Shown here in pieces: positions 1-10,293 of a DNA stretch of 64,000 nucleotides (the stretch's first letter is position 1; every line of letters starts with the position of its first letter). The DNA is from Promethearchaeota archaeon Loki_b32 (lineage in GTDB: Archaea > Asgardarchaeota > Lokiarchaeia > Sigyniarchaeales > SOKP01): positions 96,001-160,000 of the forward strand of contig NJBH01000005.1 in assembly GCA_005223125.1 (NCBI GenBank). The letters are read 5' to 3'. Made by a program: the position numbers and the translations under genes. A model generated the notes under the pieces. It did no database searches. It was not told the DNA's origin and worked only from the letters and a program-made list of their open reading frames with translations.

Positions 1-14
1 GATAAAGAAGTATA

Positions 15-1622
15 TTAATTATTTTTCTTAAATACTGACTTACCTCTAATGATAGTTTCAACTATTTGAATATCCTTAATCTTATCTTTTAGAACTTCAA
101 GGGGATTTTGATCTAAGATTACAAAATCTGCTAATTTTCCCGCTTCTATACTACCTTTAATTTTTTCTTCAAATGCTCCATAGGCTGCATTTAACGTATA
201 AGTTTTTATTGCTTCTTCCATTGGAATGCATTGCTCTGGAATAAATCCATTTCTATTAACTAATGCATGAAGTCCTAGTATTGGATTTGGGTCTTCAATT
301 GGAGCGTCACTTCCTGAAATCAGTACTACGCCTGCATCGATTATTGATTTCATTGGATACGTATATTTGCATCTTTCTTTTCCCAATCTCTTTTCGAGCC
401 ATTTATATTCTGAATTTATGAAAGGTGGTTGACATGATGCTATAATTCCATACTTATTCATATCTTCTATAACATCATCAGTTAACATTGAAGCATGCTC
501 AATTCTATGTCGATGATCATCTCTAGGAAATTCTTTTAGGAGGCGTTTATATAAATCTACACAGATCCTGTTTCCTTTATCCCCGATTACATGAATAGAT
601 ATTTGAAATCTATTGTTATGAGCTACCTTCATTTTCTCATAGATATTATCTTCTTCAACAACACAAAAACCGCACATATCTGGAGCATCAGAAAAAGGTT
701 CCCACATACAAGCAGTCTTCGCTCCAAAAGTTCCATCAAGAAATAATTTCAGGCTTCCAACTTTGAATTTACTATCTTCTGAGCCCCCATCTAAAGGTGG
801 CTTTTTAATTTTACTCAATTTCTTTGGATTATCTGTAGAAATAAGGCCATACCAGCTCTGAAGAATTTTCTCTTGAACAGATTTAAAAATTAGTGTTTCA
901 ACAAGCCCCAAATCTCCGCCTTCACCGCTTCTACCAAGTTGTATAATTCCATGAAGAGAAGTTATACCTTTTTTAGCTAAAAGTTTAAATGCTTTATCGG
1001 CAGTTTCTTGTATAACATCAGGTTCGGGGATAAGATATTTAGTTATTTTTGAATAAATTAAATCTAAAGCATTTTCAGTTATAACTCCTGTTAATTCCCC
1101 CTCCACATCCTTTTTTATTTCTCCACCTTCAGGTACTTTAGTCTCGAAATTAAACTCGAACAAATCGAGAGCTTTTGAGTTTGCTATGCCAATATGAGAA
1201 TCATATCTTAACATAAATAATGGATTTTCTGGACATGCCTCATCCAGATCCCATCGTGTAGGTAATACAGGGACATCAAATTCCTCTTCTTTTAAGCTCA
1301 GTCCAAAGATAAATTCTCCTTTCCTTTTTTCTTTAGCAGTATTTTTTAATACTTCCTGAAGTTCTTTTAAACTTTTAACAGAAGAAAGATCAAGATTTAT
1401 TAAAAACAACATAAACGTAACTGGATGTATATGACAATCAATAAATCCAGGAAGTAGTGAATTCCCTTCTAGATCAATCAATTTCACATCTTTCCCCATT
1501 TTTTTTTTTACTTCTTCAAGACTACCCGTAGCAACAATTTTATCTCCTTCAATACCCACAGCATCAACAAAAGGTTGATTATCATTCATGGTAATAATCA
1601 GTCCACCATAAAAAATAATCAT
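15..1622 (-). CDS. YtcJ-like amidohydrolase (amidohydrolase_3 family)
   Basis: PGFIDCHIH metal motif, KLFLDG, IHVIGD, RHRIEHAS, SGSDAP, GSIEAGKLADFVIL. Confidence 0.92.
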   Translation of the reverse strand: MIIFYGGLIITMNDNQPFVDAVGIEGDKIVATGSLEEVKKKMGKDVKLIDLEGNSLLPGFIDCHIHPVTFMLFLINLDLSSVKSLKELQEVLKNTAKEKRKGEFIFGLSLKEEEFDVPVLPTRWDLDEACPENPLFMLRYDSHIGIANSKALDLFEFNFETKVPEGGEIKKDVEGELTGVITENALDLIYSKITKYLIPEPDVIQETADKAFKLLAKKGITSLHGIIQLGRSGEGGDLGLVETLIFKSVQEKILQSWYGLISTDNPKKLSKIKKPPLDGGSEDSKFKVGSLKLFLDGTFGAKTACMWEPFSDAPDMCGFCVVEEDNIYEKMKVAHNNRFQISIHVIGDKGNRICVDLYKRLLKEFPRDDHRHRIEHASMLTDDVIEDMNKYGIIASCQPPFINSEYKWLEKRLGKERCKYTYPMKSIIDAGVVLISGSDAPIEDPNPILGLHALVNRNGFIPEQCIPMEEAIKTYTLNAAYGAFEEKIKGSIEAGKLADFVILDQNPLEVLKDKIKDIQIVETIIRGKSVFKKNN

Positions 1623-1689
1623 TTTTTATTAACTCCTATTATTATAAACAGATTATGAATTCTTAAAGAAAAATATTAATAAAATTTTA

Positions 1690-2268
1690 TTATTTTCTCT
1701 TAAGTTTTAATTCTATGGATTTAAAATTTGCCAACTTAGTAAGATTATCTTTTAGGACTTTAGATTTAGCCTTTAAGTCTTTTGCATCGATTTTTTCCTC
1801 TTTAATTTGTCGTTTACTTTCTTTTAAACCCTTTTCTAAATCATCTATTGGAAGTAAAGCTGTTGCAATACAAAAAAAACTCTTTGACCTACCTTCATTA
1901 AATTCTTCCAACATAAGTTCAAGCAGTTCAATTCTTCTTTTCTGTTGAGTTAGGAATTGTTCAATGCCTTCTTCCTTTATTATTTCCAAATTTGAAAGCG
2001 ATACTTTATGAGAGATAAAGGAATCATATTTATCCCATTTATTTATTTTTGAGCATGGAAATTCACTACACTCTGCACACGTCTCAAAATTACTTTTTTT
2101 TACGCAACATGTAATTATTGAACATGAAGGATGCTTATTAATAAAGTTAGGGCCACAACAACCAGGGCATTTTGAAGGTCCTTTAGTATAATACATTGGA
2201 CATAACCCACAATCTAATCCACAGCAAGCAACTGTAGGATATTTTTTAATTGGATATTCTGTAGTCAT
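1690..2268 (-). CDS. DUF3795-like Cys-rich (putative Fe-S/Zn) protein
   Basis: CCGLDCGLCP..CPGC..CSIITCC..CAECSEFPC pattern, then FNEGRSKSFFC. Confidence 0.75.
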   Translation of the reverse strand: MTTEYPIKKYPTVACCGLDCGLCPMYYTKGPSKCPGCCGPNFINKHPSCSIITCCVKKSNFETCAECSEFPCSKINKWDKYDSFISHKVSLSNLEIIKEEGIEQFLTQQKRRIELLELMLEEFNEGRSKSFFCIATALLPIDDLEKGLKESKRQIKEEKIDAKDLKAKSKVLKDNLTKLANFKSIELKLKRK

Positions 2269-2402
2269 TATTGGAACCTTCTAATAATTGAATTTAATAC
2301 TTATTACTTACATTTTAAGAAATAAAAAGATTATAAGAAAAATATTAAAAATATGAAATAATTTTAGGATTAATCAATAGGGAAAAATGTGAAATTTAGA
2401 AA

Positions 2403-4745
2403 ATGAAACCCTCACTTTTGAAAAAATTAAATTTAATAATTGAAGAAGCTAATGCTTTTAAAAATAAAAACAATTTTCAAAAAGCGATTAAAAAGTTCCA
2501 AGAAGCGATAACTTTTATTAATGAAAAAGTTAAAGAAGAAGAAGATAAAAATACAGAAATTATTAATATCAAAAATGCGATTAATCAAACTTACTCTGTT
2601 CAAGTTGATAACGTAGTTCAAGGAGCAATACGTTTAACAGCACAAAAAAAATTTGATAAAGCAAAAGAGGAATTTCAAAATGCCTTAAAAGTTGTTGATG
2701 ATATTGATGATCCTGATCTTCAAGAAGCTGAACTTGATGAAATTAATAAGTTAATTAAGGAAAATGAAATAGAACAATTAATGACAAAAGGATTTGAGTT
2801 GAAAATTGAAAATAAATCTGATGAAGCTGTAGAATTCTTCAAACAAGCGTTAAGTATTGCAGAGGTTGTTTATGTATCAGATTTCAGAAATGAAGGATTA
2901 GCAAGAATTAAAATTGAAATTACTCAAATTTATGATTCTAAGATTGATGATATTGTTGAACAAGGCAAAAAATTTAAACATGAGGGTCAAAATGATGATG
3001 CTATCAAAACTTTTAGAGAAGCTTTACAAACAATCGAAAAATACTTCGATCTTGATGCCAAGAAAACTCAAATAACTACAATTAAAAATTCTACAAATGA
3101 AATTTATTCTAATCGCATTAAACCGCTAGTTAATGAGGGAAAAGATTTATTAAAAAAAGATTTAATTGAACAAGCCATTTCTGAGTTCAATAATGCGGTT
3201 TCTTTAGCAAATAATATGTATGCTTCTGATCTCAAAAATCTTGAGATAAGTCTTATTGCTGAAGCGTTAAACCCTATTTATATAGAACGCATTAAACCAA
3301 TAATAGAAAAAGGAAGAAAAGTTACGTCTCAAGAAAAATTTGAAGAATCAATTAACTTAATTAATGAAGCAGTTGATATTTTCCATCAAGCTCTTGATAT
3401 AGCTAATTCTATGGTAGCTTCGGAAAGAAAAGAAATTGAAATTAAAGAAGTTAGTGAATTGATTAATGGTGCATGTAGCTCTGGTATTGATGTAATTAAA
3501 GATAATTCAATTCAGTATATCGTCCAAAAAAAATACGTTGACGCTGTAAGTGATTTATACATTGCTTTAAGTTTGGCAAAAAGAATGGCTTTTCCTGAAG
3601 AAGAGAACCCTGAACTAGATAATCTTAAGAAACTCGTTAACAAGGTCTATACAGCCGAAGTCACAGAAGTTGTAAATAAAGGAAAGAAATTGGACGAACA
3701 AAAAGATTATGAAAATGCAATTGAAACCTATAATAAAGCATTAACCATGACAAACAAAATGTATTTAACAGATGAAATGGAGAAGGAGGTCGGAATGATT
3801 AAAAGTTTAATCTACGAAACTGAAGTAAAACTATTGGTTGGCGTGGGAGGATTAGCAGAAGAACAAAAATTAAAAGAAAAAGAAATTGAGAAACTAAAGA
3901 AACGATTAGATTATGCTCAATCAATTGACGATCCAGAACGGAGAGCAGCAGAAATGACTAAGATTAAACTCCTAATCGATGATGTTCATTCTGAAGAAAT
4001 AAAATTGCTGATTGAGAAGGGTAACCAACTTGCAGATACAAAAAATTACGATGATGCCTTTAAATTTTATGAAAGAGCGTTAAAAGTCACTGAAATGATG
4101 GAATCACCAGATGTAAAAAATAAAGATTTAATAAAAACCTCCTATAAAAGAGAACTCATTAATCGAGCAAAGATAGAAATTGAGAATAAAGAATATGATA
4201 AAGCTATAAAAAACTGCCGAAGAGCGTTAGATCTTGATGATATATTTGTTGAGGCATATTATCACATTGGACTTGCTTTTAATTATAAGAGGAAATATGA
4301 TAGTGCAATTGAAAACTTTCAAAAAGCTGTTAATTTTGATAAAAAACATGTTAACTCTTGGAATTCTCTGGGATTAGCATTTGAAGCAAAAGAAGAGTAT
4401 GATAATGCCCTTAAGAATTTAAATAAATCAATAGAAATTGAGCCTAATTTTTCTGATGGCTGGTTTAACATTGGAAATGTGTACAAACTAAAAGAAGAAT
4501 ATGATATGGCTATTGAAAATTACACTAAAGCAACTGAAGTAGACCCCGAATTCGCAAAAGCATGGTTCTTCATGGGTTGTGCTTATTTTGATAAGAAAGA
4601 TTATAATAGTGCAATCCAATATATTGAAAACGCAATTAAAATTGATCCAAACTTAGGTCGAGATGTCAATCCAATTATTAAAGATTTAATGGTTAATCTA
4701 GATAAACTCAAAGAAACCCTTTCGTTGTCCTTTATAAATAAGTAA
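2403..4745 (+). CDS. TPR-repeat alpha-solenoid protein
   Basis: Canonical C-terminal TPRs (AYYHIGLA, SWNSLGLA, GWFNIGNV, AWFFMGCA; 34-aa spacing) preceded by longer helical repeats (ALxIAxxMY..IY...I...G). Confidence 0.9.
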   Translation: MKPSLLKKLNLIIEEANAFKNKNNFQKAIKKFQEAITFINEKVKEEEDKNTEIINIKNAINQTYSVQVDNVVQGAIRLTAQKKFDKAKEEFQNALKVVDDIDDPDLQEAELDEINKLIKENEIEQLMTKGFELKIENKSDEAVEFFKQALSIAEVVYVSDFRNEGLARIKIEITQIYDSKIDDIVEQGKKFKHEGQNDDAIKTFREALQTIEKYFDLDAKKTQITTIKNSTNEIYSNRIKPLVNEGKDLLKKDLIEQAISEFNNAVSLANNMYASDLKNLEISLIAEALNPIYIERIKPIIEKGRKVTSQEKFEESINLINEAVDIFHQALDIANSMVASERKEIEIKEVSELINGACSSGIDVIKDNSIQYIVQKKYVDAVSDLYIALSLAKRMAFPEEENPELDNLKKLVNKVYTAEVTEVVNKGKKLDEQKDYENAIETYNKALTMTNKMYLTDEMEKEVGMIKSLIYETEVKLLVGVGGLAEEQKLKEKEIEKLKKRLDYAQSIDDPERRAAEMTKIKLLIDDVHSEEIKLLIEKGNQLADTKNYDDAFKFYERALKVTEMMESPDVKNKDLIKTSYKRELINRAKIEIENKEYDKAIKNCRRALDLDDIFVEAYYHIGLAFNYKRKYDSAIENFQKAVNFDKKHVNSWNSLGLAFEAKEEYDNALKNLNKSIEIEPNFSDGWFNIGNVYKLKEEYDMAIENYTKATEVDPEFAKAWFFMGCAYFDKKDYNSAIQYIENAIKIDPNLGRDVNPIIKDLMVNLDKLKETLSLSFINK

Positions 4746-4777
4746 TATATCATTAATTTTTAAAGAGATTAATATAG

Positions 4778-5806
4778 ATGAGAAATGCAAAAAGCAATGA
4801 TTGTTATAAATTAATTATTTTAGCTTTCATATTTACTGTGGTTTTATTATTTTTATCACTTGAAATCCCAATAATTTTAAACACTTATTTAGAGCCAATT
4901 TTTCCTGATATACATCCTGTTATAGAAGCGGATAAAGTTACAGATTTTATTAATTTTATGAGACCAATAGGCTATATTTGTCTTTTTGCTATTCTAGTTT
5001 TGATAATTATTGGATTCTTGATAAACAAAAAAAAGATAACAACAACAAGTTCATTTCTATTATTTCTTCCTACATTTGGTCAATTTATACAAGCAATGCT
5101 CTTTTTGGCAGGAATTGGAATCCTTCAAGTAATCTGGCTTCCTTTATGGTATCCAAAATTAAATTTTCTTGATTTAGGATATATTATTAATATTCCCTTC
5201 TTGTTTACAGATATTATGTGTTTATTAATATTTCCAAATCATCCCTTTTACCTCATAATAAAATATTTGATTGTGTTTGTAGGTCTCTTTATATTTATGT
5301 ATAGTATCCTCATTTGGTTCCATGAGAAACGTAGAGAAAAAGAAGTTTTTAATGTGTCAATTTATAAATACTCAAGACATCCTCAATATCTTGGATTCCT
5401 TATTTGGAGCTATGGAATGCATTCTTTGGCAAATTACCCCTTAAAAGCGCTACCAATGGGAGCTCTTTGGATAGATTATAGTTTACCTTGGCTTTTATCC
5501 GCTTTAATAATAATTAGCGTTGCTTTAATCGAAGAAATTGATATGAAAAAAAAATATTCAGAGAACTACATAAATTACCAAAAAGAGACACCATTCTTGT
5601 TTCCTCTTCCTAAGACTATTAAATCTATACTGATGTTCCCTTTAAGAAAAGTATTTAAAAAGAATTTCCCGGAAAATAAAAAAGAAGTTCTTTTTATTGT
5701 TTCATTCTATGGAGGGATTCTTGTTTTGATCTCTTTTATAACTCTAGCCGTTAATTTAGATGATTTGATCATTCAATTGATGATTGACATAATTTATAAG
5801 TTCTAA
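4778..5806 (+). CDS. ICMT/PEMT (DUF1295-like) integral membrane methyltransferase family protein
   Basis: Multiple TM helices; IYKYSRHPQYLG, EE and Y..Y...TP..FP motifs. Confidence 0.75.
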   Translation: MRNAKSNDCYKLIILAFIFTVVLLFLSLEIPIILNTYLEPIFPDIHPVIEADKVTDFINFMRPIGYICLFAILVLIIIGFLINKKKITTTSSFLLFLPTFGQFIQAMLFLAGIGILQVIWLPLWYPKLNFLDLGYIINIPFLFTDIMCLLIFPNHPFYLIIKYLIVFVGLFIFMYSILIWFHEKRREKEVFNVSIYKYSRHPQYLGFLIWSYGMHSLANYPLKALPMGALWIDYSLPWLLSALIIISVALIEEIDMKKKYSENYINYQKETPFLFPLPKTIKSILMFPLRKVFKKNFPENKKEVLFIVSFYGGILVLISFITLAVNLDDLIIQLMIDIIYKF

Positions 5807-5964
5807 ATATATCTCTTTAATTTTTATGAGTTAGTATGTTTCGACTCCTCCTCCTCATATTTCAAAATTTTGAAATTACAAAAATGTAATAATGATAATA
5901 ACATATTTCTCTTTACAGCTTTAGTTACAATTTAATTGGTATATACGAAATCTTAGGATTATAA

Positions 5965-7089
5965 ATGAAAAGAATAAAAAGCATAGATACTTTTCGCGGT
6001 TGGTGTTTATTTATGATGATTTTTGGACATATGCTTTCCTGGTGGGTAAGATCTGAGGATCGTTGGTTAACTTCAGCAATTCATTCAATTTTCGGTGATA
6101 TAATAGGTACTGGATTCTTATTTGTTTCAGGATTAAGTGCTGTATTATTCTTCAAGAGTAGACTTATTAAAGCTGAAGCTTCAGAAGATATTAATATAGA
6201 GCATGTAAATAATGAATATTTATTTCGGGCTTTACTTATATTAATTGCTGCTTTAATATTTAATAGTATTACAGCAATAGGGACATTAAACCCTTTAAAT
6301 ATTTGGAAATGGTATATCCCACTTACAATTGCGATTTCACTCTTATTTGCGTTTTCAACATTAAAAACTCCAAAATGGTTTAGAATATTACTAGCCGTGA
6401 TTATTTGGATCTTCCATTATTATATTCTTTCAATTCTTTTACCTTATCAAGGACAGATTCATGTTTTTGGAGTATTATTTCATATTCTATATAATTCCAT
6501 GGGTTTACATCCCATTCTATTCTATTTCAGTTTTTTTCTAATAGGAACAGTTGTAGGAGATGTAATATTTGAAATTTACCTTATAGATAATCAAAAAGAA
6601 AGAAGATCACAATTTAAAAAAAAAATTTTACTTCCTTTATTAACAATTGGCTCAATTCTATTATTAATAGCATTTTTATTCCTTTTTCCTAGTTTTTTAT
6701 TACATGCTACTTTTTCATCAACAGTTTATTCTCTAGGAACGTTGTTTGTTTCATTCTCAGTTTTATTAATCTTTGAAGAATATAAAGTCATAAAAGTAGA
6801 AAAAAGCTATAGATTTTTCTTATTCTACTCTTTTTATTCTTTCACCATCTATTTTTCACATTTTATCTTATATTTTATTTTTTTAAATCGATTAAATGCA
6901 TTTAACTTCTGGATCGCCTTTTTCGGGACATTTATTTTGTTAACTTTATTAATTAGAATCGTGTATAAAAAATATAATATAAAGGCTTCTTTAAAGGTAC
7001 AAATTGCTAGGATATCGTTAATTTTAGTAACAAGGATGGAAGTAAAAAAAAAAAAGAAAGACAGAATTCTTTTACAAAGTAAAACATAA
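5965..7089 (+). CDS. Membrane acyltransferase, HGSNAT catalytic/DUF1624-like
   Basis: N-terminal RIKSIDTFRG..MMIFGH and FLFVSGLS; about 10 TM helices. Confidence 0.75.
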   Translation: MKRIKSIDTFRGWCLFMMIFGHMLSWWVRSEDRWLTSAIHSIFGDIIGTGFLFVSGLSAVLFFKSRLIKAEASEDINIEHVNNEYLFRALLILIAALIFNSITAIGTLNPLNIWKWYIPLTIAISLLFAFSTLKTPKWFRILLAVIIWIFHYYILSILLPYQGQIHVFGVLFHILYNSMGLHPILFYFSFFLIGTVVGDVIFEIYLIDNQKERRSQFKKKILLPLLTIGSILLLIAFLFLFPSFLLHATFSSTVYSLGTLFVSFSVLLIFEEYKVIKVEKSYRFFLFYSFYSFTIYFSHFILYFIFLNRLNAFNFWIAFFGTFILLTLLIRIVYKKYNIKASLKVQIARISLILVTRMEVKKKKKDRILLQSKT

Positions 7090-7094
7090 AATAT

Positions 7095-8363
7095 TCATAA
7101 TAACATAGCTTTAAAGAATTTAGGACTTAAAGTTATTTTTGAAAGAGTAGGAAGTTTACCAAACCATTTTTCTCCCACGTATCGATCATTACTAGTATTG
7201 TGGTTTGCTAAGTCATGATTAATATATGCTTCGTAAATGTATTTTCTGGCTAATTTATTTTCATTAAGTAATTCTGTATATATACGCCATAAAGACTTTA
7301 CATGTGAACCTTCGTTGTAGATCAAGTATTCAAGGGCATTTCCATTCTTAAAATAAGGCAATAAGACACGTTTAACTTCTTTATCGTATTTTTGTAATTC
7401 TAATCGACTAAATTTACTTCCTTTCTCAAAGAGAGGTTTTAGCGTGTTATTTGCTATATCCGCACATGCTACTCCAGGTAACAACCCCTCATAAAAAAAG
7501 GCAGTGACTAATCCCGTTGCTTCACCAAGAACGAGAACTCGATCTTTTGAGAAACTTTTAATGGGATGTTTTGAGATATCGCCAACAATAGCAGTAGATA
7601 AATCATATTTCAATCCTTCGATTATGGGTTGAATTGGTTTATAATTTTTTAAAATTCGATCAAGTTTATCAATAACTGCATCCTTCGATTCATTTTTTCC
7701 ACCTAGAAATCCAGTTGCTATTCTCTCTTTACCTTTATTAAAATAAAAAGGTCCCATACTCGAGATCTTGGGATTTATGTGAAATACATAATTATATTCT
7801 AAATTTTCATTTATTTTATCTTCATTTCCAAATAAATGAATTAATGCTCCAGTGTAATGATCAGGTATTTCAAATCCTAAAGATCGTTGTAGATCAAATC
7901 CTCGTGAACCAGTCGCGAGAGCTAATAGCCTTGTATTATAAGATTCACCTTTATTATTGATTAATTCCAAATAATCATCATGTCTATTAATTTTAGAAAT
8001 TTTTTCATTTGAATTGAATGTTCCTCCTTGTTGCTCAAGTTGATTAATAAATTCTTGTAAAATGTTTTCAGTATAACACATATTTCCTAAAGGAATTCCA
8101 AATTCTGTAGAATCGATGATACCGTTAAATTCATCGCTCATATAATTCGATTTAATATGTGGGCATGGAAAGATTACTTTATCATCCCAGTTTATTTCCT
8201 CCTTTATAAAAGGTTTATTATGTTCGGGAAATACGTTTGTCCTAATTGGTATTTCTTTTCGGTAATCCTGCGCTTCAATTAGAAGCGTTTTTGCGTATTT
8301 AGAAATTTTAGATGCAAGTGTCGCACCAGCAACTCCCGCACCAATAATTATAACATCATACAT
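7095..8363 (-). CDS. FAD-dependent oxidoreductase, geranylgeranyl reductase-like
   Basis: YDVIIIGAGVAG dinucleotide fold, ATG motif, VLGEATGLV...EG (variant of GDAAG). Confidence 0.75.
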   Translation of the reverse strand: MYDVIIIGAGVAGATLASKISKYAKTLLIEAQDYRKEIPIRTNVFPEHNKPFIKEEINWDDKVIFPCPHIKSNYMSDEFNGIIDSTEFGIPLGNMCYTENILQEFINQLEQQGGTFNSNEKISKINRHDDYLELINNKGESYNTRLLALATGSRGFDLQRSLGFEIPDHYTGALIHLFGNEDKINENLEYNYVFHINPKISSMGPFYFNKGKERIATGFLGGKNESKDAVIDKLDRILKNYKPIQPIIEGLKYDLSTAIVGDISKHPIKSFSKDRVLVLGEATGLVTAFFYEGLLPGVACADIANNTLKPLFEKGSKFSRLELQKYDKEVKRVLLPYFKNGNALEYLIYNEGSHVKSLWRIYTELLNENKLARKYIYEAYINHDLANHNTSNDRYVGEKWFGKLPTLSKITLSPKFFKAMLL

Positions 8364-8529
8364 AATTAATCATAACTTTCAAATGAATTGAAATTATTAG
8401 TTAAAATCTTCCTCTTGTTTTTAATTTTTAGTTGGAAAGTTTTTATAGGTGTGACATTCTAATTAACATGAACAAAAAATTTTATTATCTAAACAAAAAA
8501 AAATTCAATTAAATTAAAGGTGGTAAATT

Positions 8530-10236
8530 ATAGGATTAAAATTAGCTTCGGGACTTGCTATAACATCCCTATTTGCATTGATTTATGCTGTCATTTTCGT
8601 GATAGGCGTTTGGTTTTTACCTTCGTCAATATTCGGTCTTCTAATCATGGTTGCTCTTACAATCGGTATGGTACTATTACAATATGGAATATCTCCATTA
8701 ATCATCAATTGGCTCTATAGAATAGATTGGATTCCTTACGAACAATTTGCGGCAGAATTCCCCCATTTAGCAGACTCTCTTGATAAAGTGGTAGCTTATA
8801 ACCGTATAAAGATGCCACGACTAGGAATTATTAGGAATGATTTTAACCCTAATGCTTTCACTTTCGGATATACTAAAAATTCAGCAAGAGTTGTACTAAC
8901 AGACGGAATATTGAAATATTTAAACAAGAAAGAGCAAAATGCCGTATTTTCACATGAATTAGGACATGTTGTTCACTCTGATTTCATTTTAATGACTGTA
9001 GTTTTTGCAATTCCTTTATTGCTTTTAACAATAGCTAGATGGGCTTATTATGCTAGTTTATTTTCAAGAGGTAGAAGAAGTGATAGTGATGAGGCTTCTT
9101 ATCTTCGACTTGCGTTAATTGCGATAGCAGTATTATCTTATTTGACTTATTACTTAAGTTATTTTATCTCACTGATTATAAGCAGAATTAGGGAATATTA
9201 CGCGGATGAGCATAGTGCTGAAGTTTTAGAGGATCCAAATGCATTATCGACGGGACTTGTTAAGATAGCTTACGGTTTATTAGTTGATGGTAATATTGAA
9301 GAAAGAAAAAAATCACGAGTGCGAGCACTTAGAGGAATGGGTATATTTGATCCTAGAGCTGCAAAGGGACTTGGTATCATAAGTGTTGGAACTACACAGA
9401 CCTTCTCTATGGAAGCGATACAAAAAGCTGCAGCCTGGGACTTATACAATCCTTGGGCTAAATATTATCAAGCTATGTCAACACATCCGTTACCAGCGAA
9501 AAGAATAATGCGCTTAAATATGTTATGTGAAATTTACGGCATTCAACCAGAAATTGATTTTTCTGATGCGAAACGATTAAAAGAAGAACAAGCAGGAAAA
9601 TCAATGTGGGATGAATTTCTGTGGGATCTTTTCATGAAAACACTTCCTACACTAGTTTTCATTGCTTTACTAGGAATAACAATTGTTTGGATCTTAGATC
9701 CATTCATAACTGCATATAGTATATCGTTGTTCACTCCCAAATTTATGTTATTACTCTGGGCGGTTGGCTTTTATGTTATAGGCTTTATGTCGATATTAAA
9801 AACGAGATATATGTATAAAAGTGGTTTTGAAGATAAAACAGTATTAGACTTGGTTACTAATGTGAAAGTTTCTCCAATCAGAACAGTACCTGCCTTTTTG
9901 GAGGGAAAGATTGTTGGAAGAGGGATTCCAGGGTATTACTTTAGTGAGGATATGTATTTCCAAGATAATACTGGCTTGATGTATGTAGATTATAGGTTCG
10001 GAATTGGGCTTGTAGATCTTATATTCTCACTAAGAACTGTTAAGCGCTTAATGGGGCAAAGGGTGAGAATTAAAGGATGGTATAGAAGGGGTCCAAGTCC
10101 ATATATTCAAGTAGATACAATTTGGTCTGAATCTGGAAAAAGATACAGAAATTATTCTAAAGCTTTCAGGTATGTCTGGGCTGTTTTAGCATTCATTCTA
10201 GGGATCGTGTGCATTTACTTTTGGTTCCAATTTTAA
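8530..10236 (+). CDS. htpX: HtpX-family (M48) membrane zinc metalloprotease with C-terminal extension; start probably ATA at 8530 rather than TTG at 8578
   Basis: PNAFTFG, HELGH, SRIREYYADE, STHP; frame is open back to 8527 and adds hydrophobic GLKLASGLAITSLFAL. Confidence 0.88.
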   Translation: MGLKLASGLAITSLFALIYAVIFVIGVWFLPSSIFGLLIMVALTIGMVLLQYGISPLIINWLYRIDWIPYEQFAAEFPHLADSLDKVVAYNRIKMPRLGIIRNDFNPNAFTFGYTKNSARVVLTDGILKYLNKKEQNAVFSHELGHVVHSDFILMTVVFAIPLLLLTIARWAYYASLFSRGRRSDSDEASYLRLALIAIAVLSYLTYYLSYFISLIISRIREYYADEHSAEVLEDPNALSTGLVKIAYGLLVDGNIEERKKSRVRALRGMGIFDPRAAKGLGIISVGTTQTFSMEAIQKAAAWDLYNPWAKYYQAMSTHPLPAKRIMRLNMLCEIYGIQPEIDFSDAKRLKEEQAGKSMWDEFLWDLFMKTLPTLVFIALLGITIVWILDPFITAYSISLFTPKFMLLLWAVGFYVIGFMSILKTRYMYKSGFEDKTVLDLVTNVKVSPIRTVPAFLEGKIVGRGIPGYYFSEDMYFQDNTGLMYVDYRFGIGLVDLIFSLRTVKRLMGQRVRIKGWYRRGPSPYIQVDTIWSESGKRYRNYSKAFRYVWAVLAFILGIVCIYFWFQF

Positions 10237-10293
10237 ATTTAAGTATTATGAATTGATTTTTTTATCTTATTTTTTATTTTTTTTGTATATTGT

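Noticed and set aside
4778-5806. ICMT-like enzyme modifying the small GTPases
   Set aside because: Neither GTPase has a C-terminal Cys or CaaX motif, and this family is widespread in prokaryotes.
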